From a virus, in IMG/VR virus record IMGVR_UViG_3300003323_000950, positions 11,659-75,658 of that record: a stretch of 64,000 nt of DNA. One strand, given 5' to 3'. Shown one piece after another: positions 17,149-26,986 of the stretch; the first letter of the stretch is position 1, and each line of letters begins with the position of its first letter. Both the position numbers and the translations under genes were made by a program. The notes below the pieces were generated by a model. The model was not told the origin of the DNA, searched no databases, and saw nothing but the letters and a program-made list of their open reading frames with translations.

Positions 17149-20100
17149 TTAATGTCCGCCTTTATAAATTCTGCCTATTTCCTTGATAAGGTCACCTGTT
17201 GCAGTGCCCTGGCCTGTAACTTTCAGTATCTGAGAACTTGCCGTTGATATACTGCTTGTATTATAGCTTATTGTTGAAACAAGAACGGAAGAAGAAGTCT
17301 GCAAAACCACGATACATTTTTGGGAGTTAGTGCCAAGGCAGCAAATAAGAACGCTTAATCTCCAGGTGTTTATTGTATTTATGGATAGGGCCCCTGAATC
17401 GAATATGGTAGTGCCTCCCCATTTTACTCGCAATGTTTTGGCGTTAACGGTAGCTGCGAAAGTTCCCGCTGATATAAGCTCCAACGAATCTGCCAATATT
17501 CCTATCGTTCCAGATCCTATCGTATACGAATATAAATCTGTTTCAGTTGATCCGGAGTTGTTAACCGTACTCAGATCTGTATTAAGATGGGTATATGAAT
17601 TTGTTATACCAAAACCTTCCATCGTGGTTGGCTTGTTCAACAATGTCTGATATGCCAAAGAACCTGTTATTACGACAGTTGTGGTAGATGTATACCTAAC
17701 AACCACTGTTTCGCCAGGCTGTATTGATGTTAAACCAGTTATTGATGCTCCGTTGTTAGCAAACGTCCATGATGCAGCACCAATATTTACTACAGTTATA
17801 TAACTATCAATTACCAACGTAGGTATCTGAAGAACTGGAGACCCTGACGGTGCATTCAAATACAATACGCACTCACTGTCATTTTGAATTAGCGTATCCC
17901 CTGTAGTAACTGTTCGGTTAGCTCTCAATTTTAACCTTAGCACGTCTGGCCTTATTGCCAGGGCGGCCGATGAACTACCCGTCTGGGTACCAGCCAGTGC
18001 TTCTGTCGATGTCGCTATTTCCACCATACCTTTATCAGCCTGCGAAGCGGATACAGCGACAGCGGCCAGTCCGTTAAATACCGCCTGGGATGTCGGATAT
18101 GTGGTATTGTTAGGTGAAGTGAAATCTGTTACCCTGTTCGATATCGACTCGTAATTGTTTGATCCGCCAACCTGTATAATTGCAATCGATGATGTCTTGA
18201 AATATATCAGCGCTGTACTCGGTCCTGCTATAAGGCTTGTTGATCCAACAATTGTTACACCGCTGCCGGTAAAGTTTATGCCTCCAGTACCCAAATTCAA
18301 AATTGAAACAAAACCATTCGCAGGAATTGTGTTTACTGTACAAGCAACCGTCGATGCCGAATCTACAACAATCGTATACTGATCATCGGCGCTGGTTATG
18401 CTAAACGATGTTGCTGATACATCCCTGCGTACGGCAACCTTCGTTTTTAACTTCAGCGGCGTTATTATTCTTAAATCATCAGTACCTGCATTCGCCTCTG
18501 CTTGCGTCGCGAGCTCGGCAATACCTGCAACCGTTTCAGTAGCCTGGGAAGAACTGGAACCGGTAACATTTCCGCCGATTATGACTACTATGGTCGACGT
18601 TTTGAAATACAACAGCGCCGATCCGACACCGCCCGCCAAACTGGTAACGCCTTGTATGGTAACACCCGATCCCGTGAAGTTGATACCTCCGGCGCCTACA
18701 TTGACAATTGTTACGAACCCGTTCGCGGGGATTGTATTCACTGTACAGGTTACTGTGGACGCTGACTCGACGATAACGTTCACCTGATCATCAGCGCTGG
18801 TTACTGAGAAATTGGCCGTGACATCCCTTCTGGCGGATATCTTCGACTTAACCTTCAAAGGTGTAACAATCCTTAAATCGTCGGTACCGGTATTGGTTTC
18901 TGCCTGGGTAGCCAGTTCGGCGCCGCCTACAGCCGTTTCAGTTGCCTGCGGGATATTTGCCGGCAGAAGCTTCGAAGAAGAATCAAGCGCCGGGTATCCG
19001 CTTGCCTGCCCCTTGTTAGCCGCGTTCTCTGGAACAAATCCGATGTTGTTCTGAATTATCGACCAGTTTGCCTGAGTATTGCCAGGTGTATCAATAAGCG
19101 CGCGGACTATGTCGCCCACTTCAACCACTTGCCCGGTGGGTAAGGTGCCAGCAACGGAAATAGTCCAGATGTCACCTTTTAAAATGGCACCAGCTGTTCC
19201 GGATCCGCCAGTGCTGGGGTAAGCTCCACCCGCAGCGCTGAAATTCCCGCGATCATCCCATATGCCCACCACAAGCGCATCAGCATACGTTTTTACCGCC
19301 TGCACGGTCGGGTAAAGCGTATCATTTACCGTCGAGAAGTTTGTTGCCTTATTGGCGATAAGCTCACGGGCAGACAGCGCCGAGTTAAGATCCGTTTGGG
19401 AAGCAAGTGTTCCCGTGATACTTCCCCATGTGGCGGATCCTGGCGCGCTGGTTCCGCTGGCCTGAATGACGCATATAGCCCCTGTTTTGAAGTACAAGAA
19501 TGCTGATCCAATGCCGCCGTTCATAGACGATACACCCTGAAGGGTCATTCCAGATCCAGCTACAAAAGAAATTCCACCCGCGCCGAGGTTTATAATAGAT
19601 GTAAATCCGTTGGCTGGAATTGTATTTACCGTACAGGTGACGCCCGTGGCAGATTCTAAAACAATGGTCACCTGATCATCCGCGGATGTAACCGAGAAAT
19701 TTGCTGTCACATCCCTGCGCTTGGCAATCTTGGTTTTAAGCTTTAGCGGCGTTACCACAGTGAGGTCGTCGGTGCCGGCATCCGTTTCTGCCTGCGTGGC
19801 GAGCTCAACCTTGCCTTTTACAGTCTCGGATGCATCAGGCGTCGTAGATCCAGAAGACGCCGCATTGATGGCCCAGTTGCCCGCCGTCTGCCCGGGCGTA
19901 TCAGCAAGCGCCCGCACGGTGTCGCCGGGAGATACCGCCGTACCGCCTAAAGTTCCGGCTACCGTTATTGTCCAGATGTCACCCTTCAAGACTGCGCCAG
20001 CGGATCCCGAGCCACCCGTAGCCGGGAACAAGTTTGTCGATGCGTTGTAGTTACCGCGATCATCGTAAAGACCGGTTACGGCGTTTTGTATGGCCGTATT

Positions 20101-20784
20101 CCGATTCGTTACCTCGGTGGCTATGGCATTATTTATAGCGGTACTTTGCGCCGTCGATACCGGTTTATTGGCATCCGATGTATTGTCAACATTTCCGAGA
20201 CCAACATCAGATTTTGTAAGCGCCAGGTCTGTTTTTACCTGGGCAGGCGTGCGATTGGACCATGCGCCGGATTTACGCTGCATGAAGTCATCATTAGCTG
20301 GAGTGAGCGCAGAAATAGCTGTAAGATCAGTATCCAATGGCTGTTTGCCATTCAAAGCCGAGGATAAGTCTGTTTGGTCTGTAATTGTTCCGCCAATCGA
20401 TCCCCAGCTTGCGCTTCCGCCAGTTGCCCCGGCTACCCATCCATCCTGCGCATCCCAGATATATTGTTGAGCATCGGAAGAACCGCCTGCATCAACTATT
20501 GCATAATCCCCTATGCTACCTGTTGGAACACCAGCCTGTAAATTCGCAAGACTTGTAAAGTATCCTCTAAAATGTGTAGGCGCCAGATACGACGGATCGA
20601 TTTGCCCTGACGAATTCAATGGCGCGACACCGTTAACAGCACCTTTCTGATTATTATTAATCTTGCTGTCGATCAAGTTTTCGAGCATCGTACCGACGCG
20701 CGTCGCGGTGTTTGCTTCCGGTAGCGTTTCGGTCTTTATTATTTCCTTTTCTGAACTTAATTGCGCATCTGATCTCTGTGCCAT
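17149..20784 (-). CDS. Long tail fibre with internal repeats
   Basis: Start ATG 20784 (MAQRSDAQ); LTKSDVGLGNVDNTSDANKPVSTAQ fibre motif; 4 copies of G..ELATQAE..GTDD...TPLK; 2 copies of DDRGN...GGSG.AGA.LKGDIWTI. Confidence 0.85.
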   Translation of the reverse strand: MAQRSDAQLSSEKEIIKTETLPEANTATRVGTMLENLIDSKINNNQKGAVNGVAPLNSSGQIDPSYLAPTHFRGYFTSLANLQAGVPTGSIGDYAIVDAGGSSDAQQYIWDAQDGWVAGATGGSASWGSIGGTITDQTDLSSALNGKQPLDTDLTAISALTPANDDFMQRKSGAWSNRTPAQVKTDLALTKSDVGLGNVDNTSDANKPVSTAQSTAINNAIATEVTNRNTAIQNAVTGLYDDRGNYNASTNLFPATGGSGSAGAVLKGDIWTITVAGTLGGTAVSPGDTVRALADTPGQTAGNWAINAASSGSTTPDASETVKGKVELATQAETDAGTDDLTVVTPLKLKTKIAKRRDVTANFSVTSADDQVTIVLESATGVTCTVNTIPANGFTSIINLGAGGISFVAGSGMTLQGVSSMNGGIGSAFLYFKTGAICVIQASGTSAPGSATWGSITGTLASQTDLNSALSARELIANKATNFSTVNDTLYPTVQAVKTYADALVVGIWDDRGNFSAAGGAYPSTGGSGTAGAILKGDIWTISVAGTLPTGQVVEVGDIVRALIDTPGNTQANWSIIQNNIGFVPENAANKGQASGYPALDSSSKLLPANIPQATETAVGGAELATQAETNTGTDDLRIVTPLKVKSKISARRDVTANFSVTSADDQVNVIVESASTVTCTVNTIPANGFVTIVNVGAGGINFTGSGVTIQGVTSLAGGVGSALLYFKTSTIVVIIGGNVTGSSSSQATETVAGIAELATQAEANAGTDDLRIITPLKLKTKVAVRRDVSATSFSITSADDQYTIVVDSASTVACTVNTIPANGFVSILNLGTGGINFTGSGVTIVGSTSLIAGPSTALIYFKTSSIAIIQVGGSNNYESISNRVTDFTSPNNTTYPTSQAVFNGLAAVAVSASQADKGMVEIATSTEALAGTQTGSSSAALAIRPDVLRLKLRANRTVTTGDTLIQNDSECVLYLNAPSGSPVLQIPTLVIDSYITVVNIGAASWTFANNGASITGLTSIQPGETVVVRYTSTTTVVITGSLAYQTLLNKPTTMEGFGITNSYTHLNTDLSTVNNSGSTETDLYSYTIGSGTIGILADSLELISAGTFAATVNAKTLRVKWGGTTIFDSGALSINTINTWRLSVLICCLGTNSQKCIVVLQTSSSVLVSTISYNTSSISTASSQILKVTGQGTATGDLIKEIGRIYKGGH

Positions 20785-20785
20785 G

Positions 20786-21427
20786 TTAATTGAATGTTGT
20801 GTCGAATGTTGAATCGAATATTCCTTCAGGGCTGCCAGGTGTAAGTGGATTACCATTATAGGTGATCTGCACTACCTCAGCATTAATTGGATTGTTAAAA
20901 TCTACAATTTTATATATAGCTGATATAACGTCATCGTTTATCGAAATCGAACCGGAAAGAACAAGATTGTATTTTATGCATCCACATCCATTGTTACTGT
21001 CCAGCGTTCTGTTTGGATCATCCAGCGGACCTGAATCAAGCGTTCCAGTACCCGAAAGCAAGTCGATGATAACTGAGGTGATCCCTATCATGTTGAACAA
21101 TACAATGTAGCCTCTCAGTGTTCCTTTAATATCGTAAAGGCGCTGGGCAAACCTGAGTATCTTCCTTCTGAGGTTGTCATTATTCAGCGGGACCACTATT
21201 CCACCGAGATTGTATTCAGCCAGCGGAATAATATTCGATTTCATGGTTGCCGGAACAATTATATTATTCAGCAGATTATCAATCAAGTCGCTCACATCGT
21301 CGTCGTATTCCCATCCCAAAGATTCCTGATAGCGCTCCTTTACGCCTTTACCATTGACATCCTTGTAGGTGTCTTGGCGTTTGGCGTATACGCCGAAGAA
21401 CTTGAATATTCTATAACGCAGCTGCAT
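20786..21427 (-). CDS. Baseplate wedge protein (P2 gpI-like)
   Basis: RRKILRFAQRLYDIKGT..G; follows baseplate J. Confidence 0.8.
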   Translation of the reverse strand: MQLRYRIFKFFGVYAKRQDTYKDVNGKGVKERYQESLGWEYDDDVSDLIDNLLNNIIVPATMKSNIIPLAEYNLGGIVVPLNNDNLRRKILRFAQRLYDIKGTLRGYIVLFNMIGITSVIIDLLSGTGTLDSGPLDDPNRTLDSNNGCGCIKYNLVLSGSISINDDVISAIYKIVDFNNPINAEVVQITYNGNPLTPGSPEGIFDSTFDTTFN

Positions 21428-23091
21428 TACACACCCCCTGTTACGTTTACAGTTATATCGGAAATATTTATTGATGGTATCGACTGCTCCACCAACTGCA
21501 GCACGTTTTTGTTGTATGGATACGTGTAAAACTCGTAGTTGTCACCTGATACGTGGTTGCCGTTGATCTGAAACTCGATCTCAGGATAGCTGTGTAATGT
21601 GTTAACCGTAAACTGCCCGAGGAATACACCGCTTTTATACAACTCATAGTTCGAAACCGTCAAAAATCGGATCAGCCATTTGATTGTAAATGCGCTTCCT
21701 GGTAACTGCGTTCTTGTCCAGTTTAGGACATTCGTCGGTGTCACGAGGTTCTTGGCGTACGGACGTATCGAAATTATTGTAATGTCCGAATAACTCACGC
21801 CCGATACGGCTTCGATAACCTCGTACAGATTACCAACGACTATTATTCCACCTATAGCCTGATTCTCCGGCTCAAATAAATCAACCAGTGCATCTTTTAC
21901 ATCCGATGCGACCACCGAGTTTGAAAAACCTGGATAGGCGACAACATTTATGGTTAAAATGATGTCTATAACGCCTGCGCGCTCAGCTTTCACCTTCAGT
22001 GAAAGAATCTTGCGTTCATCTATGAATACCTGGACTGCGGAAATAAGTGTAGGTGTGGCGACACCGCCTCCTTCCGGTACAATATACACGTGTACTATAT
22101 CGTCAGTATCGCAGTTGAAGGATACGCCCGCGCGCTCCACACCGGCGACAAGCTCTGCCAGATCAATGAAATCAGGCTTTGTCACGCCTCTGTACTTTGT
22201 TCTTATGGACAGCGGAATACGCTTTTGAAGCTTAGTGAGATCCTCGAAGGAGGCCGCACCGTTGGCGGAAGCGTCGTTGGTAACAGACAAAACCTCTGCC
22301 CCAGGTACAACAATCGTCGAGTTTATGGTGTTTATAAGGCCTGCACCGACCTGGCCATCTACGCCCAGCGTTACTTTATAATCAACGGTAATAGCCTGTC
22401 CGCTGGGAGGAATCTTTCCATTTACGTTATCGCTAAAGTAAATGTACATTTTGGTATCCTCGTCTATGGCCTGCACAAAGTGCTCGCTGGCAGGAAGGCT
22501 GAACACAAATGTATCCTGCGCCTGCCACGCTATGGCGTTCACATATGCGATAACACTCATGTCGGCTACGTTCTCTTCCAAAGCGAAGACTTGATTTGGA
22601 TTACCGTTGCTGGTGCCGAGTAGTACCCCGGTAACTTGATCCCATTGTTTTGACTCCACTTGTACTGACGTGGCTCCGGTTAATATTGTTCCCGAAGTAG
22701 TGGTCATATAGACGATGCCATCGTTTGTCTGCACGCGGGTACCGATCGGTATTACAATGTTTCCAGTGGCGGGTATACTTGATGTAAACCGAAGTGTCGC
22801 GGTAGCAGGCGTTGCTCCTTTTACCCGGTAGTCATAAGACTTTGCTATTTTAACCGCAGAGGCAAATTCCTGAGCGGTCGATAAGAATCTTTCCCTGGCT
22901 GTGGCATCGATGTAATACCCGAGCATCTCAATCAGCGCTGCCCATATCGATATGCCTTTTACCCATGGGTTGGTTTCGGTATGATCCGTTATCTCTGGAA
23001 CCAAGCTCTGGAACTTGGTCAAAACGTTCGCTTTTATCTGCTCGTAGGATCTGTCAAAATATCCTACCCATCCGGGATTCCTTAGTACCAT
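21427..23091 (-). CDS. Baseplate J-like wedge protein
   Basis: DRSYEQI...PEITDH.E.NP, YYIDA.A.E.FL.TA, RGVT..DF..LA..V.GV. Confidence 0.9.
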   Translation of the reverse strand: MVLRNPGWVGYFDRSYEQIKANVLTKFQSLVPEITDHTETNPWVKGISIWAALIEMLGYYIDATARERFLSTAQEFASAVKIAKSYDYRVKGATPATATLRFTSSIPATGNIVIPIGTRVQTNDGIVYMTTTSGTILTGATSVQVESKQWDQVTGVLLGTSNGNPNQVFALEENVADMSVIAYVNAIAWQAQDTFVFSLPASEHFVQAIDEDTKMYIYFSDNVNGKIPPSGQAITVDYKVTLGVDGQVGAGLINTINSTIVVPGAEVLSVTNDASANGAASFEDLTKLQKRIPLSIRTKYRGVTKPDFIDLAELVAGVERAGVSFNCDTDDIVHVYIVPEGGGVATPTLISAVQVFIDERKILSLKVKAERAGVIDIILTINVVAYPGFSNSVVASDVKDALVDLFEPENQAIGGIIVVGNLYEVIEAVSGVSYSDITIISIRPYAKNLVTPTNVLNWTRTQLPGSAFTIKWLIRFLTVSNYELYKSGVFLGQFTVNTLHSYPEIEFQINGNHVSGDNYEFYTYPYNKNVLQLVEQSIPSINISDITVNVTGGV

Positions 23092-23092
23092 T

Positions 23093-23488
23093 TCAGTCTT
23101 TTAATTGTCTATAATACGGGAATATAAAACTGTCGATTTCACTGGATTGTTTAATCCTATAGATTACCGTGCAATTGATGACTGACGGAGTATTGCCGAA
23201 ATTATATTTTATATCAACGATCGCAATTCTTCTCTCCCACTTCTCGATGGCGTCTACAATGTAATAATCCAACATGCTGATAAGCACCAAGGTGTTGGGC
23301 TCGAATAATGCTTCCCGCAGGCGGCTCCCGTAATGCTCGCGCATCAATTCTGAGCCAATCGGTTCATTGAAAAGGATTTCGAGAGATTGTTTTATCAGCG
23401 CTGAGTCATCAATCAGCGCAGGGCGGCCAAGGTTTGTAATTTGCGGCGGGAAGGCCTCTCCAACGCCTAAATATGGTCTATTAGCCAT
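23093..23488 (-). CDS. Baseplate gp25/gpW-like sheath initiator
   Basis: IKQSLEILF...GSE.MR..YGSRL...LFEP, IEKWERRI. Confidence 0.9.
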   Translation of the reverse strand: MANRPYLGVGEAFPPQITNLGRPALIDDSALIKQSLEILFNEPIGSELMREHYGSRLREALFEPNTLVLISMLDYYIVDAIEKWERRIAIVDIKYNFGNTPSVINCTVIYRIKQSSEIDSFIFPYYRQLKD

Positions 23489-23507
23489 AGACCCAAATAT
23501 ACTGTAA

Positions 23508-23759
23508 TTAACTGATGCTTCCGTTCAAGAGTATAGGACTGGGATTTGATTGCGTGGTGGATGATCCGGTTACTACAATTGCAGCTGATGGAATCGTTAT
23601 GGTTATCGTTTTGATGTATACATCCACAGCGTTCGCTATAGCCAGGCAATATTGATCGCGAATTTGGTTACTGTCGGCTTCTGGATTTTTTGCGGCGTCA
23701 TAAGCCGAATCTAAAGCCTGCCGTATTGAATTGAAGAGGGTAGTTTTATCTGCTGGCAT
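23508..23759 (-). CDS. Small baseplate/spike-associated protein
   Basis: Located between spike and gp25; LAIANAVDVYIK. Confidence 0.6.
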   Translation of the reverse strand: MPADKTTLFNSIRQALDSAYDAAKNPEADSNQIRDQYCLAIANAVDVYIKTITITIPSAAIVVTGSSTTQSNPSPILLNGSIS

Positions 23760-23761
23760 AT

Positions 23762-24382
23762 TTAACTCGTCTTTAAGAAATCAGTTATCGTATCGCGCAT
23801 GGCGTTGTAGTCAGCTAAATTATTGAACGGTGCCGGGCCGCCAGTGGTGGGAACAGTGGTTGCCGCAAAAAGAGCGAAAAGATCATCGAGGAATTTACCA
23901 AGGTTAGCGCCGCTCTTCCCAAGGAATATTCCGTCCTGCGAGATTTTCATTTCAAAACCTCCTGCATGTTTTATGTTGATGAAGTTTTCAGAATCAGCGT
24001 CATTGAGCTCAATACGATGACCGGCTTTAGTCTGCAAAATCCTGGTAGAAGGATTGGCGCCAAGCGGCGCGCTGCCCCTGGTCCACCAGCCATACCCCCA
24101 ATACGGGAATCTCGGGTCGCCGCCCTGGCAAGTAACGTAAATGGGGTCGCCTATCTCAGGAATCCAGAATATACCGTGCCCGGCGCCGGCCACAGAAGAA
24201 GACGGGAACGCCCAATAATCCGGCAAGTCTTCACCATAAAGCGGCACGCACTTTATCTTAAGCCTGCCCATAGTCTCCGGATCCTGGTTATCAACAACCT
24301 CGCCCGGATAGAAGCTATAGAATCTCTTGAATCCCTCTATGCCTTCATCGCGCATCGTGGTTTTAAACTGCCCGTAATCCAT
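23762..24382 (-). CDS. Baseplate spike (gpV/gp5 OB-fold)
   Basis: YPGEVVDNQDPE.MGRLK, WA.P, G.FWIPEIGD.IYV...GDPRFP, GHRIELND. Confidence 0.9.
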   Translation of the reverse strand: MDYGQFKTTMRDEGIEGFKRFYSFYPGEVVDNQDPETMGRLKIKCVPLYGEDLPDYWAFPSSSVAGAGHGIFWIPEIGDPIYVTCQGGDPRFPYWGYGWWTRGSAPLGANPSTRILQTKAGHRIELNDADSENFINIKHAGGFEMKISQDGIFLGKSGANLGKFLDDLFALFAATTVPTTGGPAPFNNLADYNAMRDTITDFLKTS

Positions 24383-25695
24383 TATCGTTTGTTCGTTATG
24401 AGGTCCCTGCTGAAATCTGATGTATATACCCGCTTCCCGTTCTCGTCGAAATAGATAGGTGACAATGATGTTTTAACCGGAGTATTGTCTTTTTGATTCG
24501 GTGCGGTAGTGTTGTTAACGTTGGTTTGTTTTTTGCTTCCCTTCTCGATCTGTTTTTTACCAGCGTTTTTCTGCAGCGACAGATGTACCATATACCCGCC
24601 ACCATAGTCGACAACGTGTTTTGCTCGGACAACGTACCAGTTACCAGAATCTTTCTTCGACACATTAGCCATAGATATGATCGTATCGGATTCATAATCT
24701 GGATCACCCTCGACAACCAATGTTGCCCGGTAATCCTTCATTGATTTTTTCTTCTTATTGAAGTTACCAAAATTCACCGCCTCACCTTGATCTTGATTAG
24801 GCATGTATGTGTGCTTACCGGCAGACTCCGGCTGTTGCTTGGCAGCCTGTATATCGCTAGGCCTGGCGTTAGTTATCAGATTATAACTTCTCTGCTGGTT
24901 TTGCTCAGATGATACTTGCTCTGCATTTTGGTTGAAGTGGTATGCATATTCCCCGAGCTTTACATCATCCTTCGCGCTGGCATCATTGATAACCGTTTGA
25001 ACAGGCTTATTTGTGAACGGGTCTACAGTGGTTATAACTGTGTTTCGAGCCTCGGCCTTCTTGAGAACTTCCTGGCTGAATGGATTGAAAGAAATCACGA
25101 CGCCATCGCCATCGTTATAAGTAATCGTTTTCTTGCTCTTGCTGTCGAGCGCGATGCGATTAAATACGAGTTTCTCCTGCTGAATAAAAAATCTCCAACT
25201 GCCGTTTTTTTCTATCGCTGATAGATGCTTCAAAAATTCATAGTCATTCTTTCCGCCTTGCGGCATGAAATCATATACTTTTTCAGTGCGGTCAACCTTT
25301 GGCGTTAATCCGTTGGCATTTGCAATGGCTACTGCGATATCACTGGCTCGAACGTTCTTCCATACCTTTTGCGACTCCTTTTTCTTCAGTACGATACCCA
25401 TGTCGGTAGCATTGATGGTTAAATCAATTGTATCGCCATACCTCAGTATGATGTCCGATATGCGAAGCGATATTGTTTTGCTTTGCTTTCCCCCGATATA
25501 TCCGAATTGTACAGTAATGATATTGCCTTCCTTCAAATCAGCGCTATCGATCAATTCTGTTGTGATCGTCTTCATATTTATAACAAGAAGTGAATCCTGG
25601 TCTGTGGCGTCTTCGAAAGATATCTTGCTGACTTGGTCAGATATATCTCTACCACTTTTCTGGAGCACTATTTTATAGAAAGGCGATCTAGCCAT
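24382..25695 (-). CDS. Baseplate hub (P2 gpD-like)
   Basis: VQFGY, SDIA..IA..NGL, Q...NDYEFL..L, V.GDP, SGNWYV...KH. Confidence 0.88.
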   Translation of the reverse strand: MARSPFYKIVLQKSGRDISDQVSKISFEDATDQDSLLVINMKTITTELIDSADLKEGNIITVQFGYIGGKQSKTISLRISDIILRYGDTIDLTINATDMGIVLKKKESQKVWKNVRASDIAVAIANANGLTPKVDRTEKVYDFMPQGGKNDYEFLKHLSAIEKNGSWRFFIQQEKLVFNRIALDSKSKKTITYNDGDGVVISFNPFSQEVLKKAEARNTVITTVDPFTNKPVQTVINDASAKDDVKLGEYAYHFNQNAEQVSSEQNQQRSYNLITNARPSDIQAAKQQPESAGKHTYMPNQDQGEAVNFGNFNKKKKSMKDYRATLVVEGDPDYESDTIISMANVSKKDSGNWYVVRAKHVVDYGGGYMVHLSLQKNAGKKQIEKGSKKQTNVNNTTAPNQKDNTPVKTSLSPIYFDENGKRVYTSDFSRDLITNKR

Positions 25696-25699
25696 AAAA

Positions 25700-26041
25700 T
25701 CAAAGAGCTATTTTAAACTTCATCACGTCCGGTATCAGGATGTCTTTCCCAATGAGATAATCTATATCAAGTGGATTTTTAATATTGTTCGCTACCGCAA
25801 TAAGCCACCAGTACCGCGACGGAAGATCAACTTTGTCTTTGTATTCGTTATATGCAATCAACGTTATGCTTTCTCCGATCTTAACGGTGTGATACCAGTC
25901 ACCCTCTTGCGCGGTATAGCTCGTGAACGTACGGATAAGTTTTCCTGTACCGTCGGCGAACACGATCATAGATCCGCTGGCATACATGTTGTTTATCGAC
26001 AGCTCGATAGGGTCAACGGTTTGTATATTATCTATAGCCAT
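25700..26041 (-). CDS. LysM/gpX-like baseplate protein
   Basis: HTVKIGESITLIAY..Y...YWWLIA.AN.I.NP...G..ILIP. Confidence 0.85.
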   Translation of the reverse strand: MAIDNIQTVDPIELSINNMYASGSMIVFADGTGKLIRTFTSYTAQEGDWYHTVKIGESITLIAYNEYKDKVDLPSRYWWLIAVANNIKNPLDIDYLIGKDILIPDVMKFKIAL

Positions 26042-26042
26042 G

Positions 26043-26585
26043 TTACGCGATGTTACCAGGTGTCACAAAATCGTTGATGTTTCTAACCGGCGTGCTGTAG
26101 TTCTCTATTCTGACTTCCATCAGCCTCGGGTTTTCAACCGGGTCAAGCTCGAGCTCGACGTTTACCGTGGTGTTCATCGGGTTCATTTGGAAATTGGATG
26201 AAAAGTCTGTCATTATCCCCGTGACGTTTTTCACAATCCATATTTTATGCCGGAATAGCGGCGTAGTGCCCCACACAATTTTCACATTCCTAACCGGTCC
26301 TACATACCCGTCGGTCATAATCAAGCTCAACAACCAAGAAAGCTTTTGCTGACAATGCTCTTTGTTGTCTTCAAATAAGCCTGAGAAATTTAATTGGAAG
26401 CTCAGTTTATCCTCTCCACCGGTAAGATGATGGCGGCTGTTGTTTCTTCCTACAATAGGCACATTTACCCAGTTCCCTGTACGGCTCCAGTTCAGTTCCG
26501 GCGGCACAAACTGAAAGTCCATCCTGTCGTAAGGAGGGGACAATTCGTGCATAAATATCTGTCCGCTAGTTGTGGATATTCCCAT
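26043..26585 (-). CDS. Tail tube initiator (contractile-system tube 2/gpU-like)
   Basis: FQFVP.EL...R...W..V.I.GR...H.TGG...LSF.L.F. Confidence 0.8.
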   Translation of the reverse strand: MGISTTSGQIFMHELSPPYDRMDFQFVPPELNWSRTGNWVNVPIVGRNNSRHHLTGGEDKLSFQLNFSGLFEDNKEHCQQKLSWLLSLIMTDGYVGPVRNVKIVWGTTPLFRHKIWIVKNVTGIMTDFSSNFQMNPMNTTVNVELELDPVENPRLMEVRIENYSTPVRNINDFVTPGNIA

Positions 26586-26985
26586 ATACCAAAATTTGAA
26601 GCGTAAGGAACATAATAAACAAAATTACTTTAAGCGATAGCCTCAGGTATCGCATTTTATACCCGGCCAGTATACTATCAAAGAATCCGCCTTCCCGAGT
26701 GTACCACCAATCCCTGTTTGTAAATCGGTTATGGAATGGATCAAACAATAACCAGTATTCAAATCCAAGCGTAAGAAAAGACAAAACACACAAAACTGAT
26801 ACTCCGATAAAGTCGTTTACACTGTGGTATTGAATTATCGAAACAACAGCCCAGGCAATGCCCCTCACGATGGCCGATTGTTCATGATTAATTTTCTCTC
26901 CTTTCTTCTGTTTGCGAGCATCAAAGTATGCCTCTACCAATGATGCGATCGCGTTCAAAACGATGATTATAATTATGTACCCCAT
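26566..26985 (-). CDS. Multi-pass membrane protein within the tail operon
   Basis: About four TM helices; YWLLFDPFHN motif. Confidence 0.7.
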   Translation of the reverse strand: MGYIIIIIVLNAIASLVEAYFDARKQKKGEKINHEQSAIVRGIAWAVVSIIQYHSVNDFIGVSVLCVLSFLTLGFEYWLLFDPFHNRFTNRDWWYTREGGFFDSILAGYKMRYLRLSLKVILFIMFLTLQILVYGNIHN

Positions 26986-26986
26986 A

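Noticed and set aside
15960-20784. Diversity-generating retroelement or invertible fibre cassette
   Set aside because: No reverse transcriptase, invertase or adenine-specific template/variable repeat pair seen; the repeats are in-frame protein modules.
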